64,000 nucleotides of DNA, taken from contig BK006944.2 of the NCBI GenBank assembly GCA_000146045.2, positions 352,001 to 416,000 on the forward strand, read 5' to 3'. Position numbers and translations under genes: made by a program. The notes under the pieces are model-generated. The model was not told where the DNA came from. It saw nothing but the letters and a program-made list of their open reading frames with translations, and did no database searches. This stretch comes from TPA_inf: Saccharomyces. Taxonomy: Eukaryota. Shown here piece after piece: positions 42,726-53,189 of the stretch; positions within the stretch are counted from its first letter, which is position 1; each line of letters opens with the position of its first letter.

Positions 42726-45248
42726 TTATTCCAGTTCCATATCTGCGTCAAAATCATCGTCGGCATTATTACTTCCAGTTTTGCTGTCATGACCTCCCTT
42801 TCTTAGAGCTTTGTTATTCTGATCAAAGATCTCCTTTTGTGTTCTCAACCTTTTAGCCATGTTGACAGGGTCATAAGTCAATGAAGATCTTTTTTTATTG
42901 AGCGAAGCCTTGTCCTTACTTGCCTGACTCATTAAATTCGACTTGTCAATAAGTGGGTGGCTGGCATCCAATGATAACGTCACGTTTAGCTCTAGGGCAT
43001 TTTTCAAAAGCGCTGTTGCAGATGAATTATTAGGCTTTAGGTACAATGATTTGTGCAAATGATCAATGGCCTTTTGTAATTTCTTCGTCTTCAAATATAA
43101 GTAACCTAAGGAACAATGAATTTCAGAGTTTTTATCATTTTTCTCCAAAACGCATCTAAAACATTTAATGGCAATTTCGTTCTCATTTAACTTTCTGTAA
43201 GTGTGTCCTAGATTTAATTGAATTGATATTGTCGTTCTTGAACTTGGATCAAGATCTTTCACCACTTCCAACGCCTTCTTCAGGTATTTCTTGGCTTTGA
43301 CAAATTCGTTCTTCTTAAAATACATTACACCCATTTCATTGAGTACTAATGGATCGTTTGGACAAATGTCATATGCCAGAACAAAATACGATTCTGCTAA
43401 ATTTAATGAATTCATCGCCATAAACTGCATCCCGAGAAACAGTTTTGGTAAGTGCATTCCAGGAAAGAATCTGGAGGCTGTAGAGTATGCTGTTAATGCT
43501 TGGTCTTGTTCACCTTCTAGGGCATACGTGTGTGCAAATCCCAGCCATGCGGCAGCAAAGCTTGGATCCAGTATTGAGGATTTGGAATAGTATTTCTGTG
43601 CTTCACTAATTCTGTCCAAGCTCATATAATAGGTCGCAACGCTAAACCATGTTATCGCAGACTTCGGGAAAGTTTCCGCTAATCGATGCGACAGAAGGAA
43701 AAGCTTATTTTTATTTGATAGTTCATATAGACATCCAATGTATGCTGGCAAGATATTCGTATTAAATTCGTCGTTTTCCAAAACGGTCTCGCACAACTCT
43801 AAGCATTCGTTGAATTTGCATTGCGTATAGCAGATATCCACCTTACTTCTTACGACATCTACATTGTCAGCTAATTTATAATCTTTCGCTAAAATCTCAT
43901 TGGACTTCGTTATATCTTCCGTGTTGATGTATTTAGATAGGTTGATCTTATAAAGATTCTTCATAATCTCTTTATCTTCCCCAAATTCTTTGAAATCCAA
44001 AGAGTCAAACAGGTCCCATTCCTCTTGTGGAGTTAACAGGTTCTTGGACAGGAGCATTTCGAAAGCTTCAAAATTTTTTATATCTACCAAAATCGCTTCA
44101 CGAAATGCATCCCTTGCCTTGTTAAAATTATTTTGTGCAAAATATATTTTCCCTCTCAGAAAACATAATGATGACTCCATTTTTATACCGCCGTCAGTAA
44201 CTGGCTGTGACGTATTGCTGTTATTGCCATTATTGCTCATGGTGTTTGCTGCCGTCGTAGATGGGTCCTCGCTGAATGGATTGTATTCGCCTATAACATC
44301 TAGAGCGTCATCAAATCTCTGTAATTTAACAAAGGAGAGTCCCAACAGATATCGACACAGGATATTAACGCCATCCAAGTTGTTCCTGGTAATAAGTTCT
44401 ACAGCCCTTACGTACTGATTATTATTGTAATATACTTGGCCGAGCCAGAAGGCATCATCAGGATCATTGGATATGTTATACACTTTATCAGCAATATATT
44501 CTGCGGTCCTATACATATGCTGCATCAATGCGTCGAACCTCCAAAGTCTCAATCTTTCTATAGCTGACAATTCAGAAACATCTAGTTGAGTTGCTGTAGT
44601 TGTTGTCGTTAATGTTGTTGTCGTCAATGGCCCATTATGCCCTAGTTTACTCTCCCGATCATTATTAGCATTCGCAGCTGCATCGCCATTGTTATGAACA
44701 TCCTCATCATTATCTTCATCACGAACCACACCATCAACTGAATCCTTATATTCACGCTGTAAGCTCACCTTCCTTAATGTGGACGGTATGGTAGAACCGA
44801 ACATACTATTCTTAGACATAGAAGCTAACAAATTATTGTCGTTCACAACATTGCCCGTAATGGAATTGGAATTAGAATTAGAATTAGCAGATGGCTGGTG
44901 CGGAGTCATAATATTCGCTTGCAACTTCTGTATTAAAGGGCTATTTGCTAACGACTGGTAGGGACTCGTAGCCGTATTGGTTCTGTTCCAGGGTTGCTGC
45001 AAACGATCATTCTGAGCATCGGTTGGTAAACTCTGTTGTGTTCTTGCTGCAGATACGTTAGAAACAAATGGCGAGGCGGCCAATGTAGAATTATGTTGTG
45101 AATGTTGCTCCGAAGGCGACATGGGGTTTCTCATAAGTACCCTGTTTGACGATTTCAAGTTTGATGTGGCTTTTGATGACTTGTAATAATGTGTAGCCTT
45201 TCCACAAATAACGATATAACAATGACAGCAATAAAGACAAAACTTCAT
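42726..45248 (-). CDS. CDC16: Anaphase-promoting complex TPR subunit (840 aa)
   Basis: The C-terminal half is consecutive TPR repeats (AWLGFAHTYALEGEQDQALTAYSTASRFFPGMHLP...). The N-terminus is S/T/N-rich. Confidence 0.92.
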   Translation of the reverse strand: MKFCLYCCHCYIVICGKATHYYKSSKATSNLKSSNRVLMRNPMSPSEQHSQHNSTLAASPFVSNVSAARTQQSLPTDAQNDRLQQPWNRTNTATSPYQSLANSPLIQKLQANIMTPHQPSANSNSNSNSITGNVVNDNNLLASMSKNSMFGSTIPSTLRKVSLQREYKDSVDGVVRDEDNDEDVHNNGDAAANANNDRESKLGHNGPLTTTTLTTTTTATQLDVSELSAIERLRLWRFDALMQHMYRTAEYIADKVYNISNDPDDAFWLGQVYYNNNQYVRAVELITRNNLDGVNILCRYLLGLSFVKLQRFDDALDVIGEYNPFSEDPSTTAANTMSNNGNNSNTSQPVTDGGIKMESSLCFLRGKIYFAQNNFNKARDAFREAILVDIKNFEAFEMLLSKNLLTPQEEWDLFDSLDFKEFGEDKEIMKNLYKINLSKYINTEDITKSNEILAKDYKLADNVDVVRSKVDICYTQCKFNECLELCETVLENDEFNTNILPAYIGCLYELSNKNKLFLLSHRLAETFPKSAITWFSVATYYMSLDRISEAQKYYSKSSILDPSFAAAWLGFAHTYALEGEQDQALTAYSTASRFFPGMHLPKLFLGMQFMAMNSLNLAESYFVLAYDICPNDPLVLNEMGVMYFKKNEFVKAKKYLKKALEVVKDLDPSSRTTISIQLNLGHTYRKLNENEIAIKCFRCVLEKNDKNSEIHCSLGYLYLKTKKLQKAIDHLHKSLYLKPNNSSATALLKNALELNVTLSLDASHPLIDKSNLMSQASKDKASLNKKRSSLTYDPVNMAKRLRTQKEIFDQNNKALRKGGHDSKTGSNNADDDFDADMELE

Positions 45249-45343
45249 ATCATCTTTAACGATTAAGATAAATTATTTTATATTATACATATAAACTAAC
45301 TTTAGTACGCAACAATTCTGAGCTGCACGCATGTATAAGGCGT

Positions 45344-46750
45344 TTATTCAAGTTCTACTGATACTTTACTCTTCTTCAATTGCTTCCGCTTCTTTTTATT
45401 GAGTTTCTTCTTCTCACCAAACATTATCTTCTTTAATTCTTCGGTATCACTTTCCACCTCACTTTGGTCACCTATATCAGCTGTTTCAGCATCCCTCTTC
45501 TTCATTGTGTTGTATTTCTCAATGCTTTCATCGCATAGCGTTAAGCAATTTAGCCTTTCGCCACAGTCGTAGACTGCTACTTGTTCTTTTGTAGACATAT
45601 CCCATACGACAATTTTACCATCAGAACCAATGGTGACTAGGTAGGTACCAAATTCATTCGTATAAAACTTGAAATCTTTAATACGGTTTGTGTGACCCAA
45701 TAAAGAAAAAGCGGGGCTGATATCCTCCTTGTCGTCATCATCTTCCTGCTTTTCATTTTCTTCAACTTTTTCGAATAACTCCTCACAAGGATAGAAATGA
45801 ACATTACCATCGCTGATACCAACAGAAAGGTATTCCTTATTATCGAATGGTAAAATATGTGTTTCAATATGCATAAGAGTTTTCCTTTGAAAGACTATTT
45901 CTTTAAAAACTTTAGCCGATCCAGTTTCATAAATAAGCACCCTATCCCTTAAACCCACGGCAAAATAATCACCTTTGGCGCCTAACCATCTAACACAAGT
46001 CCCGTTTGTATTATATTTTCTTAGTTTTAGTACAGCAGCATTTCTTAGAGTCATCAAATTCCAAAGACGTATAGAATGGTCATCACTAACACTGATGGCA
46101 ATTCTATTGGTGGGGTGAATATCCACATCATTAACCCTTGCCGTGTGTCCCTTTAAAGTCCCCACTGTTTCCCAGTCCTTTACTCTCCAAACCATAATTT
46201 TGTGGTCTTCTGATGCTGATAATAACCATTTGCTATTCTTGCTCCCCTTTGAAACAGCAGCATCCTCACTGGAAGAAGCTGGATGTGAGAATTGTAGAGC
46301 AGTAATAGAGCCCTGATGACTTAACAAAGTACCCAGTTCCTTCCTCTTTTGCAAATCATAAATTCTGATGTGCTCGTCATTGGATCCAGAAACTAGGTAT
46401 CTTCTTGAAACAGCCAAACATTTAATACTCAACGAATGGGCTTGAAAATGAAATATTGGCATAAAATGTGGTGTCTTTGCTGCATCATTTTCCTTTTGAT
46501 TTGGGATATCTAAGGATAAACACAAAATGTTGTGCTCGTATGAGCCCACAATGATACGAAATTGGTTCTTGTCGCCTATAGCACTCATTTTTCTACACGA
46601 ATTCTTGACTTGGCCCTTAGGATCTTTTCGAGATGAGGTACCATGAGTTTTCAATTTTTCATGTTCTAAAAAATTTTCGGCCTTGATCTTGAACTTTATA
46701 ATTCTAAGCAAAAAAAAAATGAAGACAGTATAAGTAGTATTCAGTAACAT
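45344..46750 (-). CDS. MAK11: WD40-repeat 60S ribosome biogenesis factor Mak11. I placed the start at the second ATG (468 aa), but sequence evidence suggests the true start may be ATG at 46588 (MSAIGDKNQ..., 414 aa).
   Basis: WD repeats (LLSASEDHKIMVWRV, ISVSDDHSIRLWNL). The first 54-60 codons of the longest ORF are hydrophobic and AT-rich (MNFIFFMLLNTTYTVFIFFLL) and contain RRPE/PAC-like motifs. Confidence 0.8.
   Translation of the reverse strand: MLLNTTYTVFIFFLLRIIKFKIKAENFLEHEKLKTHGTSSRKDPKGQVKNSCRKMSAIGDKNQFRIIVGSYEHNILCLSLDIPNQKENDAAKTPHFMPIFHFQAHSLSIKCLAVSRRYLVSGSNDEHIRIYDLQKRKELGTLLSHQGSITALQFSHPASSSEDAAVSKGSKNSKWLLSASEDHKIMVWRVKDWETVGTLKGHTARVNDVDIHPTNRIAISVSDDHSIRLWNLMTLRNAAVLKLRKYNTNGTCVRWLGAKGDYFAVGLRDRVLIYETGSAKVFKEIVFQRKTLMHIETHILPFDNKEYLSVGISDGNVHFYPCEELFEKVEENEKQEDDDDKEDISPAFSLLGHTNRIKDFKFYTNEFGTYLVTIGSDGKIVVWDMSTKEQVAVYDCGERLNCLTLCDESIEKYNTMKKRDAETADIGDQSEVESDTEELKKIMFGEKKKLNKKKRKQLKKSKVSVELE
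46629..46678. promoter_or_regulatory. RiBi promoter motifs: RRPE (aaaaaattttc, 46668-46678) and a PAC-like gagatgag (46629-46637), upstream of the conserved MAK11 start
   Basis: Motif matches read directly. MAK11 is a ribosome biogenesis gene, and that class typically carries PAC and RRPE elements. Confidence 0.4.
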
Positions 46751-46831
46751 AAAGAAGATAAAATTCAAAAATGCAAAATAATAAAAAATGAATCTATATA
46801 GTGTAAGGATTATGTAGCTAGAAAAATGTCT

Positions 46832-49800
46832 TTAATTGACTCGCATGTCGTTTAGAATGTTATTGTTTTGAAACTTCGATAACTGCATTTTAAAAGAGGT
46901 TTTCATCCTTTCGTTGCCTAGTAGTACCTTGGCTAAACCAATTCTTAAATATTCCTGAACAATTTTGGATAAATTATGAAACATATCATCATCTTTCCCC
47001 AAATTCGATAATGTGAAACATAATAAGAGTACTAAAGTTAAGGGGATCCAAAAGAATAGGAGCATCTTATCATTCTGAAAGTTTTGCTTCTTGGAAAAGA
47101 TTGTGTTGAACCCGACCTGTAAAGCTTCTAATTCATCGTCTTCAGAAGAAGTTTGAGAATCATCCACGGTCATTTGGGCAGAATTATCTGGCCCAATCTC
47201 CACAGATTTGCTACCAAGTTCCCAGTTTTTGGGTTTTTTTGGGAACAAGTCTTCATACTTTGGGAGCTCGTCATTTAAACGAGTTAGCATTCTGTTCCAT
47301 AAAGATCCGTCAGGCTCTATGCTAGTCTTAGTAGTTTTTGGTATTTCATTTGGCTTTGAAGAGAAGTCCTTGATTTTGTGGGTGTTAAAGAACTCCAAAG
47401 CAATCTCATCTGAAGATGATTCACAATCACTTATGTCATAACCTGAATCCGAATCTAGGATTGAGAATGACGTATTGTCATTACAGTTGGATTGTTCGGG
47501 GGCAAGGGCAGCGGAATCCGCCAATAAATATTTTCTTTCTTGGACATAGTCATGATCAGCATCGTCATCATCAAATAAACTTGAGTTGAAACTTGACTGG
47601 GATACATTTCTCTCAAACGGTTGAGTATCACTGGATCCTGTTGTATTCTTCGTTAATCTAGTCAGAATGTCGTCAAACAGACTGGTTTCATAATTAGAAT
47701 ATCTGGTCTTGTTGACAGTATAATTCATCAGGAAGAACTGTTTAGCGATAAAGCCGTTTCTGGTTTTCTTCATAATATTAACGTTGCATTCTAACAATAG
47801 TCTTATAATTCTCAAGTCACCATTAATACACGCCATATGTAGCGGAGTAAAACCAAATAAATCTTGGTCGTTCAAATGCGACCCATATTTGATTAGTAAT
47901 GAGACAAGACTATACCAGTTATTGAATGCTGCCAGATGTAATAGAGTTCTACCCCTAACGTCACACATGGAAAGATTGACGGTAGAGAGATTATTATTTC
48001 TCTTAAATGACTTAATAACTTCAGTGATCAATTGTTCATCGTTTATATTTCGCATCATATTCGTGTACGAATTTAAAGAGCTATTCTGTGAGTGTAATCC
48101 TGCGTTATTATTAGATGGAGATGAATCACTGCCAACAATCCTTTTAGCAATATTTCTTGCATCTTCCAGTTTACCGTTCATTTTCAGCCCCACAATTTGC
48201 AGAGCCAATTCAATTAGTTGCCTATCAGTATCATCAACATAAGTAAAGATTGCTTTCTCACCGGTATACTTGTTTAAGTGCAGAATGTCATTGGTACTAT
48301 TGCTGGTGGAAACACTACTATTGCTATTATTTCTCATAGACGTTTCACTTGGGTCGACTATGGTTACCAAAACCGGTCCAGGTTTAGATGAAGGCGGTAA
48401 ATAAGTCACCATCGTAGATTCATTCCAGCATTGGCTGGACAATGCTATATTTTCGCCAAACTTGATGATTAAGCCCTGCTTAAACTTTGAGCCAAGTAGA
48501 GTCACTTCTATACCTCCGTTGATGGAACCTTGTGCGGGGATGACACGCTGAATAGAAGGCTTGTTATTTAGCGCCACGGGGACACTATTATGGTTCGATA
48601 TATCTTTGGAAGAATCGATGAATTTCTGGGGAAGACGGGAAAACGTATTAGGCGTAGACATAAAAGGCTCGTTTACCGAACGCTGCCTCTTGCCAGTGTG
48701 TCTCGCAGAGGCCGCACTGAAATCACTAGTTAATGTAGTAAGAGCGGGATTAGATGAACTATTAAAACCTGTGGACGACCAAGAGTCTAGTGAACGATGT
48801 AAATTGTTGTCGTTGTTATTAGAAAAATGAATATCTGAAAAAGAATGGTTGCTGTCCTCACTGGAGGAATTTGGTGATGGAAAGTGTCTGTTGTTGTTCA
48901 TCATTGCGGTATTAGTCTTAATGTTGTTTTTGTTATCATTATCATTGTTGTTGTTATTACAATTGCTATCAAGCATACAGTTCGTAGAAATGACAAAATT
49001 TTTACTGTTAGAAGGCAGGGGGAATTCGGATGGGAAGTTTAAGTCACTTTGCGGCGATGAAAAGGATCTAGTGTCATTTGTCATTGGCGAAACCTGGGCA
49101 TTGCTGGTGCTGGTTGGAGTTGTGGTATTGCTGGCATTTTTCTTGTCCATGATCATTATGGGATCTGTTATAGTTTTCGCCAAGATATCGCCGTTATGGT
49201 CCCTTAGAAGGAACAAAACTACAAACCCGTTAGTTGCCTTGTGGTGTCTGCAGTAACAGACGATTCTCGTCGGTAAGTCGAAATTGATACAGTTAGAGTT
49301 ACCACTCAAACCGTTATTACTAATGATGAAAAGTTGTTTACTATTGAATATGATTGCTCTTTTGTTTTCGTTATTTTGCCAGATGGAGTTGTCGTTCAAC
49401 CCAGACTTTCTTCTCGACGCTCTTCTTTTTTCCCTGTTGATACATCTATTACAAACATAGGTCTGCTTGAAGTTGTTGCTATTGTTGTTAGATGCACACA
49501 AAAGAAAGGCGTCCAAGAAAAGAGTCCTTTCGTTGATGTCCCTATTGGGTATTGTCAAGTTGGTGGGATCGTCCGAGCTGGTGAAAAACTTGTCCTTCGC
49601 TATACAATCAGAGGGCAGATGAATAAAGAAGTTTTTTCTTGCATGTGCGTTTCTAATCCGAAAACTCAGCTTCATCTGAGTTTCCACCCTAGAAACCTTC
49701 GGCAACCCAATAATTTCTAGAGACAATGGAAGGGACTGCGGGTTAATGTTGATAAAATCCAGTGGATTCGCGTATGGCGTCCTCAGAGGTAGCTTTCTGC

Positions 49801-50080
49801 CAAATTGAACGTGTCGATCAAGCAATCCTTGCAAAGATGCGATGTCATCCCTGAGCTCCCCTTCATCTTCCTTACCTGGTGTAGTAGTACCTGCTGTTAT
49901 CATTTTCTCTTGGTTCAGACTCAATAAACCAGGGTCTTGCAGAGAGGACCCAGAGTTGAGCAGAGCAATATCCAGTAATTCTGATTCTAGTAAATCCAAG
50001 TCCGGAGAGCCATCGTTGTGCTGTATGTTGGCGCTATAGCTGTGGAGCATCGAGGAAACGTTTCCTGTGCCACTCATCAT
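46832..50080 (-). CDS. SPT23: ER membrane-tethered transcription factor (IPT/TIG + ankyrin repeats + C-terminal TM), 1082 aa; regulator of OLE1
   Basis: IPT domain VIPAQGSINGGIEVTLLGSKF, ankyrin repeats (GRTLLHLAAFNNWYSLVSLLIKYGSHLN, GFTPLHMACINGDLRIIRLLLE), C-terminal TM LLFFWIPLTLVLLLCFTL. The paralog is MGA2; this copy is assigned SPT23 by synteny. Confidence 0.9.
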   Translation of the reverse strand: MMSGTGNVSSMLHSYSANIQHNDGSPDLDLLESELLDIALLNSGSSLQDPGLLSLNQEKMITAGTTTPGKEDEGELRDDIASLQGLLDRHVQFGRKLPLRTPYANPLDFININPQSLPLSLEIIGLPKVSRVETQMKLSFRIRNAHARKNFFIHLPSDCIAKDKFFTSSDDPTNLTIPNRDINERTLFLDAFLLCASNNNSNNFKQTYVCNRCINREKRRASRRKSGLNDNSIWQNNENKRAIIFNSKQLFIISNNGLSGNSNCINFDLPTRIVCYCRHHKATNGFVVLFLLRDHNGDILAKTITDPIMIMDKKNASNTTTPTSTSNAQVSPMTNDTRSFSSPQSDLNFPSEFPLPSNSKNFVISTNCMLDSNCNNNNNDNDNKNNIKTNTAMMNNNRHFPSPNSSSEDSNHSFSDIHFSNNNDNNLHRSLDSWSSTGFNSSSNPALTTLTSDFSAASARHTGKRQRSVNEPFMSTPNTFSRLPQKFIDSSKDISNHNSVPVALNNKPSIQRVIPAQGSINGGIEVTLLGSKFKQGLIIKFGENIALSSQCWNESTMVTYLPPSSKPGPVLVTIVDPSETSMRNNSNSSVSTSNSTNDILHLNKYTGEKAIFTYVDDTDRQLIELALQIVGLKMNGKLEDARNIAKRIVGSDSSPSNNNAGLHSQNSSLNSYTNMMRNINDEQLITEVIKSFKRNNNLSTVNLSMCDVRGRTLLHLAAFNNWYSLVSLLIKYGSHLNDQDLFGFTPLHMACINGDLRIIRLLLECNVNIMKKTRNGFIAKQFFLMNYTVNKTRYSNYETSLFDDILTRLTKNTTGSSDTQPFERNVSQSSFNSSLFDDDDADHDYVQERKYLLADSAALAPEQSNCNDNTSFSILDSDSGYDISDCESSSDEIALEFFNTHKIKDFSSKPNEIPKTTKTSIEPDGSLWNRMLTRLNDELPKYEDLFPKKPKNWELGSKSVEIGPDNSAQMTVDDSQTSSEDDELEALQVGFNTIFSKKQNFQNDKMLLFFWIPLTLVLLLCFTLSNLGKDDDMFHNLSKIVQEYLRIGLAKVLLGNERMKTSFKMQLSKFQNNNILNDMRVN

Positions 50081-50567
50081 TTTCAGTGGTGTACTACTGT
50101 TGTGATTAGTCGTTTAGAGGATATCTAGAGTATAATTATTTTGAATGAGTTTCGTTGACATTTTCAGTTCATGCGATCATCTTACTTTCATGGTTGCTCC
50201 TTGCCGTTAAAATTGAAACGAAAAAAGCGGGAATACAACAATGTCACCTTACACGAGCAGAGAAAAGGGCAGCAATAGCGACAATAACCGATAATGCCAG
50301 GCCTTCCAGAGCCCTATGCTGACCTATATTCATCATGACGCTATCCATATGCAACTAGAGACCTGCTGGGAAGCGCTCTCTCATTTTTGAAGGTTGCAGC
50401 AGTGCTCGCGCCGGTTTTCGATTGGGCCTCGTGATAAAACACATCAGCAAAGTTTCGCTTTTGACATTCTGTTAAATTGGTCCTTAACTGTTGGTGCAGA
50501 CCTACTGCAAGACTGTTAATTATGGTATATTATATATCAAGTGCTGATACAACGTACACCATCGAAA

Positions 50568-51518
50568 ATGGAGGAGTACGATTATTCAGACGTTAAACCT
50601 TTGCCCATTGAGACAGACTTGCAGGATGAACTGTGCAGGATTATGTATACCGAGGATTATAAGCGGTTGATGGGACTCGCAAGGGCTCTGATCAGCCTTA
50701 ACGAACTGTCACCCAGGGCACTACAGCTAACAGCCGAAATTATCGACGTGGCGCCAGCCTTCTACACCATATGGAACTACCGATTCAATATCGTCAGGCA
50801 CATGATGAGTGAATCCGAAGACACTGTCTTGTACCTGAACAAGGAATTAGACTGGCTAGATGAAGTTACGCTGAATAATCCAAAGAACTATCAGATCTGG
50901 TCCTATAGACAGTCTCTTTTGAAGCTACATCCGTCTCCTTCCTTCAAAAGAGAGCTGCCTATCTTAAAACTGATGATTGATGATGATTCCAAGAATTATC
51001 ACGTTTGGTCGTACAGAAAGTGGTGCTGTTTGTTCTTCAGTGACTTTCAACATGAGCTCGCCTACGCCAGCGACCTCATCGAGACAGACATTTATAACAA
51101 CAGCGCATGGACTCATAGGATGTTTTACTGGGTGAACGCTAAAGATGTCATTTCAAAAGTGGAATTGGCCGACGAGCTCCAGTTCATTATGGACAAGATT
51201 CAATTGGTTCCGCAGAACATCAGTCCGTGGACCTACCTCCGTGGTTTCCAAGAGCTATTCCATGATAGGCTACAGTGGGATAGCAAAGTAGTCGACTTCG
51301 CCACAACCTTCATCGGTGACGTATTGTCACTTCCAATTGGCTCACCAGAGGATTTGCCCGAGATCGAGTCCTCATATGCCCTGGAATTCCTGGCATATCA
51401 CTGGGGGGCAGACCCTTGTACCCGAGACAACGCTGTTAAGGCCTATAGCTTGCTAGCAATCAAATACGATCCTATTAGAAAAAACTTGTGGCACCACAAA
51501 ATAAATAATCTGAACTGA
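50568..51518 (+). CDS. RAM2: Protein farnesyltransferase/geranylgeranyltransferase-I alpha subunit (316 aa). The ORF has 9 extra in-frame codons upstream.
   Basis: [15 protein letters not shown]... with prenyltransferase alpha repeats ([29 protein letters not shown]). Confidence 0.92.
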
Positions 51519-51579
51519 ATATATGTAAGCACTCTATTTGTACGAATATATTTACGTGTGTACGTGCATGCACGCAAGT

Positions 51580-51879
51580 TTAATCTAGTTCTACAAACCT
51601 ACTGCTGTATTGAGATTGATCTCTTCCCCTTCGTTTTGGACCGCTATCATTGATGCGTCCAAACCCGTCCTCGTTCAACTGCTTTCTGAAAAATTTAGAA
51701 CGTTTAACCATCTTCAGCGTCCTTGTGTAGCACATCTCTCCCCATGACAGATATCTATGTATCCAGCCGCCCAACTGATACTGGTTGTAAAAGAATATCA
51801 TTCCCGTCTCCCTTCTTATTGCCGATAGGAGCATAGCTACCAACGTCCCCTCTACTACCCACCTTATCATTCCCAACAT
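51580..51879 (-). CDS. Small uncharacterized protein (99 aa, DUF-type with an N-terminal hydrophobic segment), consistent with YKL018C-A
   Basis: MLGMIRWVVEGTLVAMLLSAIRRETGMIFFYNQYQLGGWIHRYLSWGEM... Identified by position and length. Confidence 0.5.
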   Translation of the reverse strand: MLGMIRWVVEGTLVAMLLSAIRRETGMIFFYNQYQLGGWIHRYLSWGEMCYTRTLKMVKRSKFFRKQLNEDGFGRINDSGPKRRGRDQSQYSSRFVELD

Positions 51880-52101
51880 CTTGCAATATGTTACGATCTG
51901 ATCTTCACTCTCTTTTGCTCCTTCTTTTTGCTGTTTAACTGTTACCTACACTCATTTATTCGATACCTTTTTTTACCCATTTTTTCTTCATGCAGTTTAG
52001 CACTAGTACATTAAAAAAGAAAGAAAAAAAATGAAAGCAAGACTAAAATATCGAGCAAAGCACAAGCAAATACACCGTTTGTCCTTTTAGCATAGCCAAC
52101 A

Positions 52102-53091
52102 ATGACCACCGTGTCCATCAATAAGCCCAACCTGCTGAAATTCAAGCATGTTAAAAGCTTTCAACCTCAAGAAAAAGACTGCGGACCCGTAACCTCATTG
52201 AATTTCGACGATAATGGCCAGTTTCTACTGACCTCTTCTTCCAACGATACAATGCAATTGTACAGTGCCACGAACTGCAAATTCTTGGACACTATAGCCT
52301 CTAAGAAATATGGCTGTCACTCCGCTATCTTTACGCACGCACAAAACGAATGTATCTATTCCTCTACAATGAAAAATTTTGACATTAAATACCTTAATCT
52401 GGAAACAAACCAATATCTAAGATATTTTTCCGGTCATGGCGCCCTAGTGAATGATTTGAAGATGAACCCCGTGAACGATACGTTTCTATCGTCGTCATAC
52501 GATGAATCCGTTAGGCTTTGGGATTTGAAGATCTCTAAACCGCAAGTTATTATACCAAGTCTCGTACCAAATTGTATCGCATATGATCCAAGTGGCCTTG
52601 TATTCGCATTGGGGAACCCAGAGAATTTCGAAATAGGGCTATATAATCTGAAAAAAATTCAGGAGGGTCCTTTCTTGATAATTAAAATTAATGATGCGAC
52701 TTTCAGTCAATGGAATAAATTAGAATTTTCTAACAATGGAAAGTATTTATTAGTTGGCTCCTCGATAGGAAAGCATTTAATTTTTGACGCATTCACAGGT
52801 CAACAATTATTCGAACTAATAGGAACAAGGGCCTTCCCGATGAGAGAATTTCTAGATTCTGGATCTGCTTGTTTCACACCAGATGGTGAATTCGTCCTTG
52901 GAACCGATTATGACGGTAGGATTGCCATTTGGAATCATTCTGATTCAATAAGTAACAAAGTATTAAGGCCGCAAGGGTTCATTCCCTGTGTTTCTCATGA
53001 GACCTGCCCCAGGTCAATTGCATTCAACCCTAAATATTCGATGTTTGTTACCGCAGACGAAACAGTAGATTTTTACGTGTACGATGAATGA
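52102..53091 (+). CDS. SWD2: WD40 subunit shared by COMPASS (Set1C) and CPF/APT complexes, 329 aa
   Basis: Seven WD repeats throughout. Recognised sequence MTTVSINKPNLLKFKHVKSFQPQEKDCGPVTSLNFDDNGQ. Confidence 0.92.
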   Translation: MTTVSINKPNLLKFKHVKSFQPQEKDCGPVTSLNFDDNGQFLLTSSSNDTMQLYSATNCKFLDTIASKKYGCHSAIFTHAQNECIYSSTMKNFDIKYLNLETNQYLRYFSGHGALVNDLKMNPVNDTFLSSSYDESVRLWDLKISKPQVIIPSLVPNCIAYDPSGLVFALGNPENFEIGLYNLKKIQEGPFLIIKINDATFSQWNKLEFSNNGKYLLVGSSIGKHLIFDAFTGQQLFELIGTRAFPMREFLDSGSACFTPDGEFVLGTDYDGRIAIWNHSDSISNKVLRPQGFIPCVSHETCPRSIAFNPKYSMFVTADETVDFYVYDE

Positions 53092-53189
53092 CTGCTGCTA
53101 CTGCATTGATATACTAGAGGATATAATATATAACGAACATTTTTTACCTACTGTATAACGACGTATACTCTATACATCTTGTGTATTCT

